Source: Ranitomeya imitator | Taxonomy: Eukaryota | DNA: 64,000 nt | Assembly: GCF_032444005.1 (NCBI RefSeq) | Contig: NC_091286.1 | Span: forward strand, 216,752,001-216,816,000 | Direction: 5' to 3' | Part shown: piece by piece, positions 22,736-35,661 of the stretch | Layout of the letters: every line of letters starts with the position of its first letter | How positions within the stretch are numbered: position 1 is the first letter of the stretch | The notes under the pieces: generated by a model | The model's database searches: none | What the model saw: the letters and a program-made list of their open reading frames with translations, nothing else | What the model was told of the DNA's origin: nothing | Made by a program: the position numbers and the translations under genes

Positions 22736-23955
22736 ATAACTTAGCCATCATTCTGTAATCTGAAATTGGCTTAGATACTATCAAAATGTGGAAATATTTC
22801 CATGTTTTTTGCCAAATAAAAAAAAGAACTCAGTGACCAAACACAGCTGCAGCATGTATGATCTGTCGCTCTAGATAATCCAGCCTGGAACTGGAGAGAA
22901 GGCAAATTACAGCAGATTTGTCACACTCCTCCCGCTCAGCAGCTGATACAAGACTCGCCAAATACACGTTGCAGATAGCATGGCATCCTCATTCCAGGAA
23001 TGCTAAGCTGCCGAGAAATTCCAGCCAATTATTGATATGTGATTGTCTTGGTAAGTGGACTTAACACATTAAATGCAACAGCTCTGCTTTATCTAGTTTT
23101 TACCCAGTGATAGCTGCAGTACACCCACTGTCTACACAGGGAGACATACATTTCACGTGAAGAATCTGCCCACTACTTGGGTAGGGTGATGGTACCTGCA
23201 ATCTGCGCATTCTGATAGTCTAGTGAGTATGAATTGGTATTTGTGTAGGGAACAGATGTGACCGCAGGTTCTACAGCAAAGAAAACCGAAGACTGGTTTA
23301 CAGGGGACAATTGGCTGAAAGAACGATCAAAGGAATGGTAAATCACTGCCCCATGAACATGTACAGCATTCAGGCCAATCCATCACTTTTTTAACATGCT
23401 CATAAAAATGATGATTTATTGGCAGCATACCCCTGAAACAACAAGTAGTGTGATGCCATCATATTTAAAATATTAATTGCATGAGAGAGATCAAAATGAC
23501 AATCATTCATACCCATACAGCATGCACATTTACCATAATTACTTCATGTAAATGAAAGTTTAAGGCTGGCTTCACATTTGCATTTTTTGCGGCTACGTTT
23601 GTACCGCATATAAACGCATGCGTTGTGTTTTCCTATATTTAACATAAAAAACGCATGCGTTTTTTGTTGTTGTTCGCGTTTGGCCGCGTTTGACGACGCA
23701 TGCGTCTTTTTGTCGCTTGCGGCTTGGCGCGGAAATGCAACATGTAGCATTTTTAGAGGTGTCTATTTGCCGCCAGGAAACGCATGCGTTCGATTGCGCA
23801 CGGTTTGCGTAAAAAAAGCATTGCTGTCTATGTAAACGCATGCATTTTTAAGCACATGCGTTTGGTTGCGTTTTTGAACGCATGCGTTTCCATAGAGAAA
23901 AACAAGTCTAGACACTGATAAGCCACCCCCACCATCAAGGTGATAAAGGGATCCA

Positions 23956-24059
23956 AACCCTAACCCTAGCCCTAACCCTAAGCCACCATCAAGGTGATAA
24001 AGGGATCCAAACCCTAACCCTAACCCTAGCCCTAACCCTAACCCTAGCCCTAACCCTAA
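23956..24059. repeat. Telomere-like (CCCTAA/CCCTAG)n tract; continues at 26426-26452
   Basis: Runs of CCCTAA with CCCTAG variants on both sides of the nested MITE. Confidence 0.85.
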
Positions 24060-24572
24060 AGGTACCTTCACACATAACGATTTCATTAACGATATCGTTG
24101 CTTTTTGTGACGTAGCAACGATATCGTTAACGAAATCGTTATGCGTGACAGCGACCAACGATCAGGCCCCCGCTGGGAGATCGTTGGTCGCTGGGAATGA
24201 TCAGGACCTTTTTTTTGGTCGCTGATCACCCGCTGTCATCGCTGGATCGGCATGTGTGACGCCGATCCAGCGATGTGTTCACTGGTAACCAGGGTAAATA
24301 TCGGGTTACTAAGCGCAGGGCCGCGCTTAGTAACCCGATGTTTAACCTGGTTACCATTTTAAAAGTTAAAAAAAAAAAAACAGTACATACTTACATTCCG
24401 ATGTCTGTCACATCCCCCGGCGTCAGCTTCCCGCACTGACTGTCAGCGCCGGCCGGCCGTAAAGCAGAGCACAGCGGTGACGTCACCGCTGTGCTGCTTT
24501 ACGGCCGGCCGGCGCTGACACAGTGCAGGGAAGCTGACGCCGGGGGACGCGACAGACACTGGAATGTAAGTA

Positions 24573-26178
24573 CAGTGGGGCAAAATAGTATTTAGTCAGT
24601 CAGCAATAGTGCAAGTTCCACCACTTAAAAAGATGAGAGGCGTCTGTAATTTACATCATAGGTAGACCTCAACTATGGGAGACAAACTGAGAAAAAAAAA
24701 TCCAGAAAATCACATTGTCTGTTTTTTTAACATTTTATTTGCATATTATGGTGGAAAATAAGTATTTGGTCAGAAACAAAATTTCATCTCAATACTTTGT
24801 AATATATCCTTTGTTGGCAATGACAGAGGTCAAACGTTTTCTGTAAGTCTTCACAAGGTTGCCACACACTGTTGTTGGTATGTTGGCCCATTCCTCCATG
24901 CAGATCTCCTCTAGAGCAGTGATGTTTTTGGCTTTTCGCTTGGCAACACGGACTTTTAACTCCCTCCAAAGGTTTTCTATAGTGTTGAGATCTGGAGACT
25001 GGCTAGGCCACTCCAGGACCTTGAAATGCTTCTTACGAAGCCACTCCTTCGTTGCCCTGGCGGTGTGCTTTGGATCATTGTCATGTTGAAAGACCCAGCC
25101 ACGTTTCATCTTCAATGCCCTTGCTGATGGAAGGAGGTTTGCACTCAAAATCTCACGATACATGGCCCCATTCATTCTTTCATGTACCCGGATCAGTCGT
25201 CCTGGCCCCTTTGCAGAGACACAGCCCCAAAGCATGATGTTTCCACCACCATGCTTTACAGTAGGTATGGTGTTTGATGGATGCAACTCAGTATTCTTTT
25301 TCCTCCAAACACGACAAGTTGTGTTTCTACCAAACAGTTCCAGTTTGGTTTCATCAGACCATAGGACATTCTCCCAAAACTCCTCTGGATCATCCAAATG
25401 CTCTCTAGCAAACTTCAGACGGGCCCGGACATGTACTGGCTTAAGCAGTGGGACACATCTGGCACTGCAGGATCTGAGTCCATGGTGGCGTAGTGTGTTA
25501 CTTATGGTAGGCCTTGTTACATTGGTCCCAGCTCTCTGCAGTTCATTCACTAGGTCCCCCCGCGTGGTTATGGGATTTTTGCTCACCGTTCTTGTGATCA
25601 TTCTGACCCCACGGGGTGGGATTTTGCGTGGAGCCCCAGATCGAGGGAGTCTATCAGTGGTCTTGTATGTCTTCCATTTTCTAATTATTGCTCCCATTGT
25701 TGATTTCTTCACTCCAAGCTGGTTGGCTATTGCAGATTCAGTCTTCCCAGCCTGGTGCAGGGCTACAATTTTGTTTCTGGTGTCCTTTGACAGCTCTTTG
25801 ATCTTCACCATAGTGGAGTTTGGAGTCAGACTGTTTGAGGATGTGCACAGGTGTCTTTTTATACTGATAACAAGTTTAAACAGGTGCCATTACTACAGGT
25901 AATGAGTGGAGGAAAGAGGAGACTCTTAAAGAAGAAGTTACAGGTCTGTGAGAGCCAGAAATCTTGATTGCTTGTTTCTGACCAAATACTTATTTTCCAC
26001 CATAATATGCAAAAAAAATGTTAAAAAAACAGACAATGTGATTTTCTGGATTTTTTTTTCTCAGTTTGTCTCCCATAGTTGAGGTCTACCTATGATGTAA
26101 ATTACAGACGCCTCTCATCTTTTTAAGTGGTGGAACTTGCACTATTGCTGATTGACTAAATACTTTTTTGCCCCACTG
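24573..26178 (-). mobile_element. Tc1-family DD34E transposon (ZB-like), intact
   Basis: TA TSDs; ~200-bp TIRs CAGTGGGGCAAAA...; full ORF. Confidence 0.97.
24789..25811 (-). CDS. Tc1 transposase (DD34E), 340 aa
   Basis: [15 protein letters not shown], 34 aa spacing to [11 protein letters not shown]; ends KGYITKY. Confidence 0.96.
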   Translation of the reverse strand: MVKIKELSKDTRNKIVALHQAGKTESAIANQLGVKKSTMGAIIRKWKTYKTTDRLPRSGAPRKIPPRGVRMITRTVSKNPITTRGDLVNELQRAGTNVTRPTISNTLRHHGLRSCSARCVPLLKPVHVRARLKFAREHLDDPEEFWENVLWSDETKLELFGRNTTCRVWRKKNTELHPSNTIPTVKHGGGNIMLWGCVSAKGPGRLIRVHERMNGAMYREILSANLLPSARALKMKRGWVFQHDNDPKHTARATKEWLRKKHFKVLEWPSQSPDLNTIENLWRELKVRVAKRKAKNITALEEICMEEWANIPTTVCGNLVKTYRKRLTSVIANKGYITKY

Positions 26179-28093
26179 TATGTACTGTTTGTTTTTTTTT
26201 ACTTTTACAATGGTAACCAGGGTAAACATCAGGTTACTAAGCGCGGCCCTGCGCTTAGTAACCCGATGTTTACCCTGGTTACCCGGGGACTTCGGCATCG
26301 TTGGTCGCTGGAGAGCTGTCTGTGTGACAGCTCTCCAGCGACCACACAACGACCTAAACAGCGACGCTGCAGCGATCGGCATCGTTGTCTATATCGCTGC
26401 AGCGTCGCTAAATGTGACGGTACCTTAACCCTAACCCTAGCCCTAACCCTAATGGGAAAATGGAAATAAATAAATGTTTTTAATTTTTTAATTTTTCCCT
26501 AACTAAGGAGTTGATGAAGGGGGTTTGATTTCTATTTATAAGGGTTTTCTAGTGGATTTTTATGATTGGCAGCTGTCACACACTGAAAGACGCTTTTTAT
26601 TCCAAAAAATATTTTTTGCGTTACCACATTTTGAGAGCTACAATTTTTCCATATTTTGGTCCACAGAGTCATGTGAGGTCTTGTTTTTTGCGGGACTAGT
26701 TAACATTTTTATTGGTAACATTTTCGGGCACGTGACATTTTTGATTGCTTTTTATTCCGATTTTTGTGAAGCAGAATGAACAAAAACCAGCTTGTGAAAT
26801 TTCTCATCATGCGTACCAAAAGCGCAAACGCAGGAAAAACGCATGCGTCTAAAAAACGCAGCGTTTGTACGCGTTTACATGCGTTTTTTTCACCACTTGC
26901 GGATGCGTTTTAAACGCTGCGGATTTAAACGCAAATGTGAAACCAGCCTAACAAGGGCAAATCAAATTGCTATACCCTTGATCGTCCCTCATTATGGGCA
27001 GATTATCGTTCTGTGTAAATGCAACCTAAAATGGGAGAGAATTCTATCATGCAAGTTCCTAAATGGGGTTGTCCTCTACGTTAAAAATTAGTGTATATGG
27101 CCTGGAGAGAGGAAATGATTTGAAAAAAAAGCATGTGACAGAGAGGAGCCAAAAGACCACAGCGTCCGATTTCTCCTACTCCTGCACTGATTAGAAGCAC
27201 TTCACCTTCATATTAAATGGTGTAAGTTTTTTTTAGTGATGCAGGGGTTAATTTTCTCAGTTGAGAGCTCATGGAAATTTTCCTGCATTAAGTGTCTCAG
27301 CTGTAAAATGTTAACCACTCCTATCTCCTATATAATCTGGGTCCTGGCTAGCACTCATTGTCAAAGCTAGCTTATGCTCCAGTTGGAGCTTCTTCTGACA
27401 GCGGCGGGCCCCCATGCACACGTGCCCAGTCGTGACCTCTGCAACTGTGGTCATTATGCCCCTTGTAGCCGGTAGAAAAGAGGGGTGGGTTTGTTTTTCA
27501 TGAATCAGAAAGGTTGGATAAGTGGTGCACACCTCTGTGTGCACCTCACCACAAATCCTTCTGCAGTGTCTGATGGAGTAAGATTTGTGGCATAGTAAAA
27601 GTAGCTGCTCGTCATGAATTTGATGAGCGGCGGTTGCCATGCCCTCGTCCCATCTCTGCGCACTTTGTCAGAGCTGAGCAAAAATGGCAGAGAACAGCAA
27701 AAGTAACCAAATTTTAGTTCAGTTGCAAACTGCGCCAAAATTAAGTGACTTTTCAAAGCTTTGTATCTGGTGTAAAAGTTTTGATGTACGAGGCCTTGCG
27801 TTTTGCAGCCTTTTCTCGACAGTGCCAAGTTTTGACCAGATTCCAAGAGGAATTTTCACTTCAAAGAAGTGACATGTTCCTTTTTTCTTTCCTGTTGAGA
27901 TTTTTCAAAATGCAGTTGGAAATAAAGTCTCAAAAAACTCACCTCAAAGTCCTCAAAGTGGGATTTTAAATTTAAATACATACACCATGTTCCAAATTAT
28001 TATGCAATAATATTTTTCTCGGATTTTCCTAAATGGTCGGTGCAAATGACAGTCAGTCTAATAAAAGTCATCACCCGTTAGAGTATAGAGTTA

Positions 28094-28486
28094 GGGTACC
28101 GTCACACAGTGCAATTTTGATCGCTACGACGGCACGATTCGTGACGTTCGAGCGATATAGTTACGATATCGCAGTGTCTGACACGCTCCTGCGATCAGGG
28201 ACCCCGCTGAGAATCGTACGTCGTAGCAGATCGTTTGAAACTTTCTTTCGTCGTCTAGTGTCCCGCTGTGGCGGCATGATCGCATGGTGTAACATATATC
28301 ATATACGATGTGCGCATAGTAACCAACGGCTTCTACATCGCACATACGTCATGAAATTATCGCTCCAGCGTCGTACATTGCAAAGTGTGACAGCAGTCTA
28401 CGACGCTGGAGCGATATTGTTACGATGCTGGAGCGTCACGAATCGTGCCGTCGTAGCGATCAAAATTGCACTGTGTGACGGTACCC
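28094..28486. mobile_element. PIF/Harbinger MITE (GGTACC family, short form)
   Basis: GGGTACCGTCACACAGTGC TIRs; TTA TSDs. Confidence 0.9.
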
Positions 28487-28614
28487 TTAGAGAGGTCACA
28501 TTCACTGAACAAAAAAGCTATTTAACTCCAAAACTTCCTAACAGGCCAAGTTACATGGTAACATAGGAACCCTTCTTTGATATCACCTTCACAATTCTTG
28601 CATCCTTTGAACTT

Positions 28615-29151
28615 GTGAGTTTTTGGAGAGTTTCTGCTTGTATTTATTTCCATGAAGTCAGAATAGCCTCCCAGAGCTGCTGTTTTGATGTGAACTGCCT
28701 CCCACCCTCAAAGATCTTTTGCTTGATGACACTCCAAAGGTTCTCTGTACGGTTGAGGTCAGGAGAAGATGGTGGCCACACCATGAGTTTATTTCCTTTT
28801 ATGCCCATAGCAGCCAATGACTCAGGTATTCTTTGCAGCATGAGATGGTGCATTGTCATGCATGAAGATGATTTTACTCCTGAAGGCACATTTCTGCTTT
28901 TAGACTATGGAAGAAAGTTGTCAGTCAGAAACTCTATATACTTTGCAGAGGTCATTTTCACACCATCAGGAACCATAAAGGGCCCTACCAGCTGTTTCCC
29001 CATAATTCCGGCCCAAAACATGACTCCTCCACCTCCTTGCAGACGTCGCAGCCTTGTTGGGACATGGTGGCCATCCACCGACCATCCACTACTCCATCCA
29101 TCTGGACCATCCAGGATTGCTCAACACTTATCAGTAAAAAAGACTGTTTGA
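28615..29151 (-). pseudogene. Degenerate DD37E-type transposase fragment
   Basis: Minus-strand remnants LDGPDGW, QGGGGVMFWAGI, WPPSSPDLNRTENLW, with stops and frameshifts. Confidence 0.75.
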
Positions 29152-30669
29152 AAATTAGTCTTCATGTTTGTCTGGGCCCACTGTAACCGTTTCTGCTTGT
29201 AAACACTTCAAAACAATTGAATCTTCATAACACAAATCTAATTTGCATAATAATTTGGAATACAGTGTAGGAGGAGTGTACAAAAGAGTATTTGAAACTT
29301 TTTTATTTTGAATTTTGGAGCAAATCTGCTTCAAAATCCTCCCAAAAAAACTTGTAAAGTCAAGCTTTAATATAACCAGAAAACAGTACACTCACCAGGC
29401 ACAATATATTTGAGACACCTTGTTTCCAAAATGTGTTAATTTTATCGTTTTGCATAAAAATTTAATCCAGTAACAACACAGTGGGCACACATGTAAAACA
29501 CATACTCAACAATGGTAACACAGGATGTGAGACAGGATGCAACAAGGTGCAGATTTACACAGGGAATGGCCTGGATATCCTGAAATTGAAGGCTTATAAA
29601 CAAAGCCATTATATGACCACCATCATCTATTAAGCTATTCTCCCTCTGAACTGAAAAAAAGCCTCGCTACAAAAGCAAATCCCATTTCAACGCTTCCACC
29701 ATGGCAGCTCTTGTCTGATATATATTTCATGCACAGTGTATGCAGTAGATATGTTTTTATGCAGAAATGATATAACTGTAGTGTCAATTGCGCCTGCCAG
29801 GTACTTTTTTAGTTTTAGAATCAATTTTCAAAAATTACAGCTAAAATTGTGGCAAAAAAACGCACCGTGGATGCAACTTGAGAACACACCCTTTTACGAA
29901 TAAAACATTTTGCATTTCTCATTTTCATTTTACTACAGAGAGGACAAATGGGGCAAAAATAGGCACTGTGAGCGTTATCTGCCCACACCCCCAAGGTGCC
30001 CACACATCTGAGATAGTTGTTGGATGAACTGATCTCTCTGACATCCCCATACATACACATGATTGTTCGGTTTGTCTGAGCGTACGTTTTTAATGGGCAG
30101 AAGAGAATAATCCAGAGTCAGAATCCTTAGTCAGCAGCATAACTTGCATGGGAAGAAAAGTAAAGGCATTTTTATGCAACATGCTGGATTCTTTTCTCGG
30201 GAGACATCATCTGTCAGAGGAGGATCAGGAGGCCCCCACATAATTTAGTGTGGTGTCTATGTACCTTGCATCCTTCTTAGAAATATGCATTAGTACACCT
30301 TTTTTTCTGTACGGAATGCGTAGTAGACTACACTTATTCCCGACAGTTGTACGCAGAAAAAATTATTTTTGTTCTATAATGAAAGGCTATGGGCAACATA
30401 TAGTATGACACTCTACGCCAATGCAATGGCATACCGGCATGTCAGAGGTACTTCTTGTTGGGAAATTCTCCAGACACATACCTTTGAGCGATGAGAACAG
30501 GTTAGCATTGGGCCTTAGGTAATATTCACAGTATCAAACTCAGGAGTCAAGATGTAACCATTAAGTCCTAGCAAAGGGGAGATGATCACAATAGTTCTTA
30601 GACGTGCACTGTTGAGAGGTCAGCCCCCTGAAGAGCTGAAAATCTCATTTACAAATAGCTACACCTTAA

Positions 30670-31180
30670 AGGGAACTTGTCACCCCCAAAATCGAAGGTG
30701 AGCTAAGCCCACGGCATCAGGGGCTTATCTACAGCATTCTGTAATGCTGTAGATAAGCCCCCGATGTATCCTGAAAGATGAGAAAAAGAGGTTAGATTAT
30801 ACTCACCTGGGTGGGTGGTCCGATCCGATGGGCGTCACGGTCCGATCCGATGGGCGTTGCGGTCCGGTCCGGGGCCTCCCATCTTCTTATGATGACGTCC
30901 TCTTGTATTCACGCTGCGGCTCCGGCGCAGGCGTACTTTGTCTGCCCTGTTGAGAGCAGAGCAAAGTACTGCGCACTGCAGGGAGGCGCTGGACCGGACC
31001 GCGACACCCATCAGACCGGAACGCAGCGGGACCGCCCCTGGGTGAGTATAATCTAACCTCTTTTTCTCATCTTTCAGGATAAATCAGGGGCTTATCTACA
31101 GCATTACAGAATGCTGTAGATAAGCCTATGATGCCGGTAGGCTTAGCTCACCTTCGATTGTGGGGGGTGACAGGTTCCCT
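30670..31180. mobile_element. Palindromic TTAA-TSD (T2-like) MITE
   Basis: TTAA|AGGGAAC ... GTTCCCT|TTAA; long inverted arms. Confidence 0.9.
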
Positions 31181-31441
31181 TTAAGAAAGACCCTGTAGAG
31201 AGGATCACACACATATTTACATGTGGTGCCATGTGATAAAAGAGGCCAAATGAAATCACGATGGTGTCTGTTTTACACCTGATCCCAAATGGGAGGTAAA
31301 ACAAGTTATCCCTGACTCAAGGAAGCTTAGATCAAAATAAGGAAAATATTAGAGGAATTGTTAGTCAGGACTTTTCCGTACTGACGATACACTAAATGGA
31401 CAAAAGTATTGGGACAAGTACACATTATACCTACATACTAA

Positions 31442-31788
31442 GGCTATGTGCACACATTGCGGATTTACTGTGGATCCCCAGCATTTTTTTCTGCACAGAA
31501 ACGCTGCAGATCCGCAAGTGATTTACAGTACAATGTAAATCAATGGAAAAAAAAATGCTGTGCTAATGGTGCAGAAAATTCCGCACGGAAAATGTTGCGG
31601 ATTAAAAGAAGGAGCATGTCATTTATTTGTGCGGATCTGCAGAGTTTTTGTACCCATTCCATTATAGAAATCCGCAGGGGTAAAAACGCATGAAATCCGC
31701 ATCAAATCTGCACCTGCGTTTTCTGTCAAGAGATGCAGAATCCGCACAAAAAATTCCAGAGGCAAATCCGCAACGTGTGCACATACCC
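31442..31788. mobile_element. PIF/Harbinger MITE (GGCTATGTGCACAC family)
   Basis: TAA TSDs; TIR GGCTATGTGCACAC / GTGTGCACATACCC; same family at 60605. Confidence 0.88.
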
Positions 31789-31842
31789 TAAATACGTAGG
31801 CTGTCACAACACAGCTGTCAGGTCACCCGGGACTAGGGGTTT

Positions 31843-32640
31843 TGTTATGATACGGTGGTCTAGGAGCAACATGGAACAAGCTCTGAAGGACGTGGTAACT
31901 GTACTGACCGCAGTCCCTAAGCTCAACACAACACTAGAAGTAGCCGTGGAATGCTCCTAACTCTCCCTAGGCATCTCGTCACAGCCTAAGAGCTAACTAC
32001 CCCTAAAGAAAGAAGCAGGAAAACTATCTTGCCTCAGAGAAAATCCCCAAAGGATAGATTAGCCCCCCACAAATAATGACTGTGAGTGGAGAGGGAAAAG
32101 ACATACACAGAATGAAACCAGGATGAGCACAGGAGGCCAGTCTAGCTAAATAGATAGGACAGGGTGGAATACTGTGCGGTCAGTATAAAACACTACAAAA
32201 ATCCACGCAGAGTTTACAAAAAAAAACTCCACACCTGACTAAAGGTGTGGAGGGCAAATCTGCCTCCCAGAGCTTCCAGGAAGACAGAATAAATTCACAC
32301 TGATAAGCTGGACAAACATAGAAAGCACAGAATGGATAAGTCCACAATCTATGGACAGAAAAGAGCAAGCAAAAACTTAGCTTAGCTGAACTGGTCAGGA
32401 TAACAGGGAACTCCAAAGAGATGTGAATCCAACCAGAAACCATTTACAAGTGGCACTGGCTGAAGACAGAGCCAGACCTAAATAGCCGAGCAGACGAGAA
32501 GATAAGTGGAGGCAGCTGATGACAGCTAACTCCAAGGAGCAGCCATACCACTAGAAACCACAAGAGGGAGCCCAAGAGCAGAACTCACAAAAGTGCCACT
32601 TACAACCACCGGAGGGAGCCCAAGAGCGGAATTCACAACA
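31843..32640 (-). mobile_element. Solo LTR related to the chromovirus LTRs at 16975/21957
   Basis: Starts TGTTATG, ends GAATTCACAACA, shares internal blocks (CACAGCCTAAGA, AGCCCCCCACA, AATGACTGTGAGT); imperfect TSD GGGTT/GAGTT. Confidence 0.8.
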
Positions 32641-33177
32641 GAGTTTCTTCCCTGTCCCTGACACTAGGAGGTGCCCTTACTCGCCTTGCTCCCTGGGATA
32701 CTTCAGATGGTGAAGATGCCAAGGCCTCCGCCCTTGCCTTATCTACTAAGTTAGCCTTCTGTCTGTTCTCTTCCCTCACCCAGGGAAGAGGGGGAGCAAC
32801 TGTGCACTGTAGTACACCAACACGACAAACAAGGCAACACAGACAAGGGTTAACAGAAAACTCCAGACACACAAAATATTCACTCACAAATAACAGAGGA
32901 ATACACCGAGGTGTGAAGGTAGGGGAATAAACCAAAACAGAGAAGGATAAGAAATTACCAGGCATACAAACTGTCACTAATAACACCTTCAACTATCCTC
33001 ATATGTACTCCTCTCCCTCCGTTAGCCATGAAGCAAATTCTAGCTCTGACAAGGATTTGTAATAGAGCCCACATTATAAAGGGGAAAGGAGTGGCTAAGC
33101 GAGCACAGCTGTGAGCACAGGGATTTCCAACATGGCCGATTAACCCCTGTTCTGCCAGAAGAAATAAACACATTTAA

Positions 33178-33813
33178 AGGGAACCTGTCACCCTGAAAAT
33201 CGCGGGTGAGGTAAGCCCACCGGCATCAGGGGCTTATCTGCAGCATTCTGTAATGCTGTAGATAAGCCCCCGATGTATCCTGAAAGAGGAGAAAAAGACG
33301 TTATATTATACTCACCCAGGGGCGGTCCCGCTGCTGGTCAGGTCGGATGGGCGTCTCTGGTCCGCTCCGGCGCCTCCCATCTTCATTACAAGACGTTCTC
33401 TTCTTATCTTCAGCCACGGCTTCGGCGCAGGCGTACTTTGCTCTGCCCTGTTGAGGGCAGAGGATAGTACTGCACTGCGCAGGCGCCGGAAAGGTCAGAG
33501 GCCCGGCGCCTGCGCACTGCAGTACTTTGTCTGCCCTCAACAGGGCAGAGCAAAGTACGCCTGCGCCGGAGCCGTGGCTGAAGATCAGAAGAGGACGTCT
33601 TGTAATGAAGATGGGAGGCGCCGCAGTGGACCAGAGACGCCCATCCGACCTGACCAGCAGCAGGACCGCCCCTGGGTGAGTATAATATAACGTCTTTTTC
33701 TCCTCTTTCAGGTAACATCGGGGGCTTATCTACAGCATTAAAGAATGCTGTAGATAAGCCCCTGATGCCGGTGGGCTTACCTCACCCGCGAATTTCGGGG
33801 TGACAGGTTCCCT
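33178..33813. mobile_element. Palindromic TTAA-TSD (T2-like) MITE, same family as 30670
   Basis: TTAA|AGGGAACCTGTCACC ... GGTGACAGGTTCCCT|TTAA. Confidence 0.92.
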
Positions 33814-34720
33814 TTAAAATGAAGAAGTGCTTCTTCTCAGTACCGGAGTAGGAGCAATCAGACACTGCGGTCTTCTGGCTCCACACTGTCATGGTAACCC
33901 CTTGACATAGGCATTATTATGGCGTTAATCTACCCTTTCCAGTGCTAACAAGCTTCCACTCTTCTGTGAACACTTTCTACAAGATATTGGAGTGTGTCTT
34001 TGGAAATTTTGGCCCATTAATTCCGAAAAGGCATTTAAAAGGTTAGACATTGATGTTGGATGAGAAATCATGGCTCACAATCTCAGTTGTAGTTCATCCC
34101 AAAAGTGTTCGATGAGGTTGAGGTAAGGGCTCTGTGTTGGTCAGTCAAGCTCTTTCACACCCAACTTTGACTTTATTAACATTGCTTTGTGTAAGCAGGT
34201 ACTGTCATACTGGAAAATGGAAAAGGGCGACAGAGGTCTACAAATGTCCAAAATGTCTTGTTACGCTGAAGCATTAAGCTACTTTCCCAAGATGAGGTTT
34301 GGAGTTTTTTCATTGCATTTTTAGTGCTTTTTTTTACATGCGTTTTTATATTGTTTTTGACACTGCACTTTTTTGTCTGTTGTTAGTATATGATGTTTTA
34401 CATGAAGCTGCTTTGGTTTTGATACTTACTTGTATTTGGTTTTGACAAAACTTTAATATTGTCATGGGCGGATTACATGTGTTTTTTATTTCAGCTGCGG
34501 AAACACATTAAAGAACCCATGTGCGTTTTATACGTGTGGATTCTCTGCTTCTAATGCAAGTCTATGGAAAAATCTGCACATAAAACTCGGCATACCGTAA
34601 GATAAATTGACAGGTTGTGGATTTGAAATGCGGACCACAGGACATTTTATGCTGAGTAAAAAAAAAAGCTCAGTGGGCATGAGATTTCTATGAATCACAT
34701 CGACTTTTCTGGAACTGTAA

Positions 34721-35454
34721 GGGTACCGTCACACTGAAACGACGCTGCAGCGATACGACAACGATGCCGATCGCTGCAGCGTCGCTGTTTCGTCTCTGTG
34801 GGTCGCTGGAGAGCTGTGACACAGACAGCTCTCCAGCGACCAACGATCCCGAAGTCCCCTGGTAACCAGGGTAAACATCAGGTTACTAAGCGCAGGGCCG
34901 CGCTTAGTAACCCGATGTTTACCCTGGTTACCAGCGTAAACGTAAAAAAAACAAACACTACATACTTACCTTCCGTGTCTGTCCTCCGGCGCTGTGCTTT
35001 CCTCTGCACTGTCAGCGCCGGTCAGCCGTAAAGCAGAGCGGTGACGTCACCGCTGTGCTTTCCGGCTGGCCGGCGCTCACAGCCAGTGCAGAGAAGCACA
35101 GCGCCGGAGGACAGACACGGAAGGTAAGTATGTAGTGTTTGTTTTTTTACGTTTACGCTGGTAACCAGGGTAAACATCGGGTTACTAAGCGCGGTCTTGC
35201 GCTTAGTAACCCGATGTTTACCCTGGTTACCAGTGAAGACATCGCTGAATCGGCGTCACACACGCCGATTCAGCGATGTCAGCGGGAGATCCAGCGACGA
35301 AATAAAGTTTCAAACGATCTGCTACGACGTACGATTCTCAGCGGGGTCCCTGATCGCAGTAGCGTGTCAGACACAGCGAGATCGTAACGATATCGCTGGA
35401 ACGTCACGGATCGTGCCGTCCTAGTGATCAAAGTGCCACTGTGTGATGGTACCC
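34721..35454. mobile_element. PIF/Harbinger MITE (GGTACC family)
   Basis: GGGTACC TIRs; TAA TSDs; two internal 60-bp palindromes. Confidence 0.9.
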
Positions 35455-35661
35455 TAAGGCGCTGCGTTTTTGACACCGTGAAAATATGCAGCATCGAAAA
35501 GTCACCAAAACTCATCATGGGCACACAGCCTTAAGTTTTTCTATCATTGTAACTAAGAGGATTACGTCAACCCATGAAGAACAACACAATAACATTATCA
35601 CCCTTCCAGTTGGCACAATGCAGTCAGACAGGTAACAATGTCCTCACACTCATCAAACTAA

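Larger units (their letters stand above)
24060..26425. mobile_element. PIF/Harbinger MITE (GGTACC family) interrupted by a Tc1
   Basis: AGGTACCTTCAC ... GTGACGGTACCT; TAA TSDs (24057-59, 26426-28). Confidence 0.88.
23564..26948. mobile_element. PIF/Harbinger-type non-autonomous element hosting nested insertions
   Basis: TIR GGCTGGCTTCACATTTGC ... GCAAATGTGAAACCAGCC; TAA TSDs (23561-63, 26949-51). Confidence 0.85.
27983..29267 (-). mobile_element. Deleted Tc1-related (TRT/DD37E-like) transposon
   Basis: TA TSDs; TIR CACCATGTTCCAAATTATTATGCAA / TTTGCATAATAATTTGGAATACAGTG; transposase remnant. Confidence 0.8.
31802..33907. mobile_element. Solo LTR containing a second solo LTR and a MITE
   Basis: TGTCA ... 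TGACA termini with perfect 5-bp TSD TAGGC (31797-801, 33908-12). Confidence 0.8.

Noticed and set aside
23956-24059. True telomere or chromosome-fusion scar
   Set aside because: Tract is short, degenerate and enclosed within a TSD-flanked transposon
30482-30567. Minus-strand segment with good acceptor and donor
   Set aside because: Stop codons in all three frames; not a coding exon
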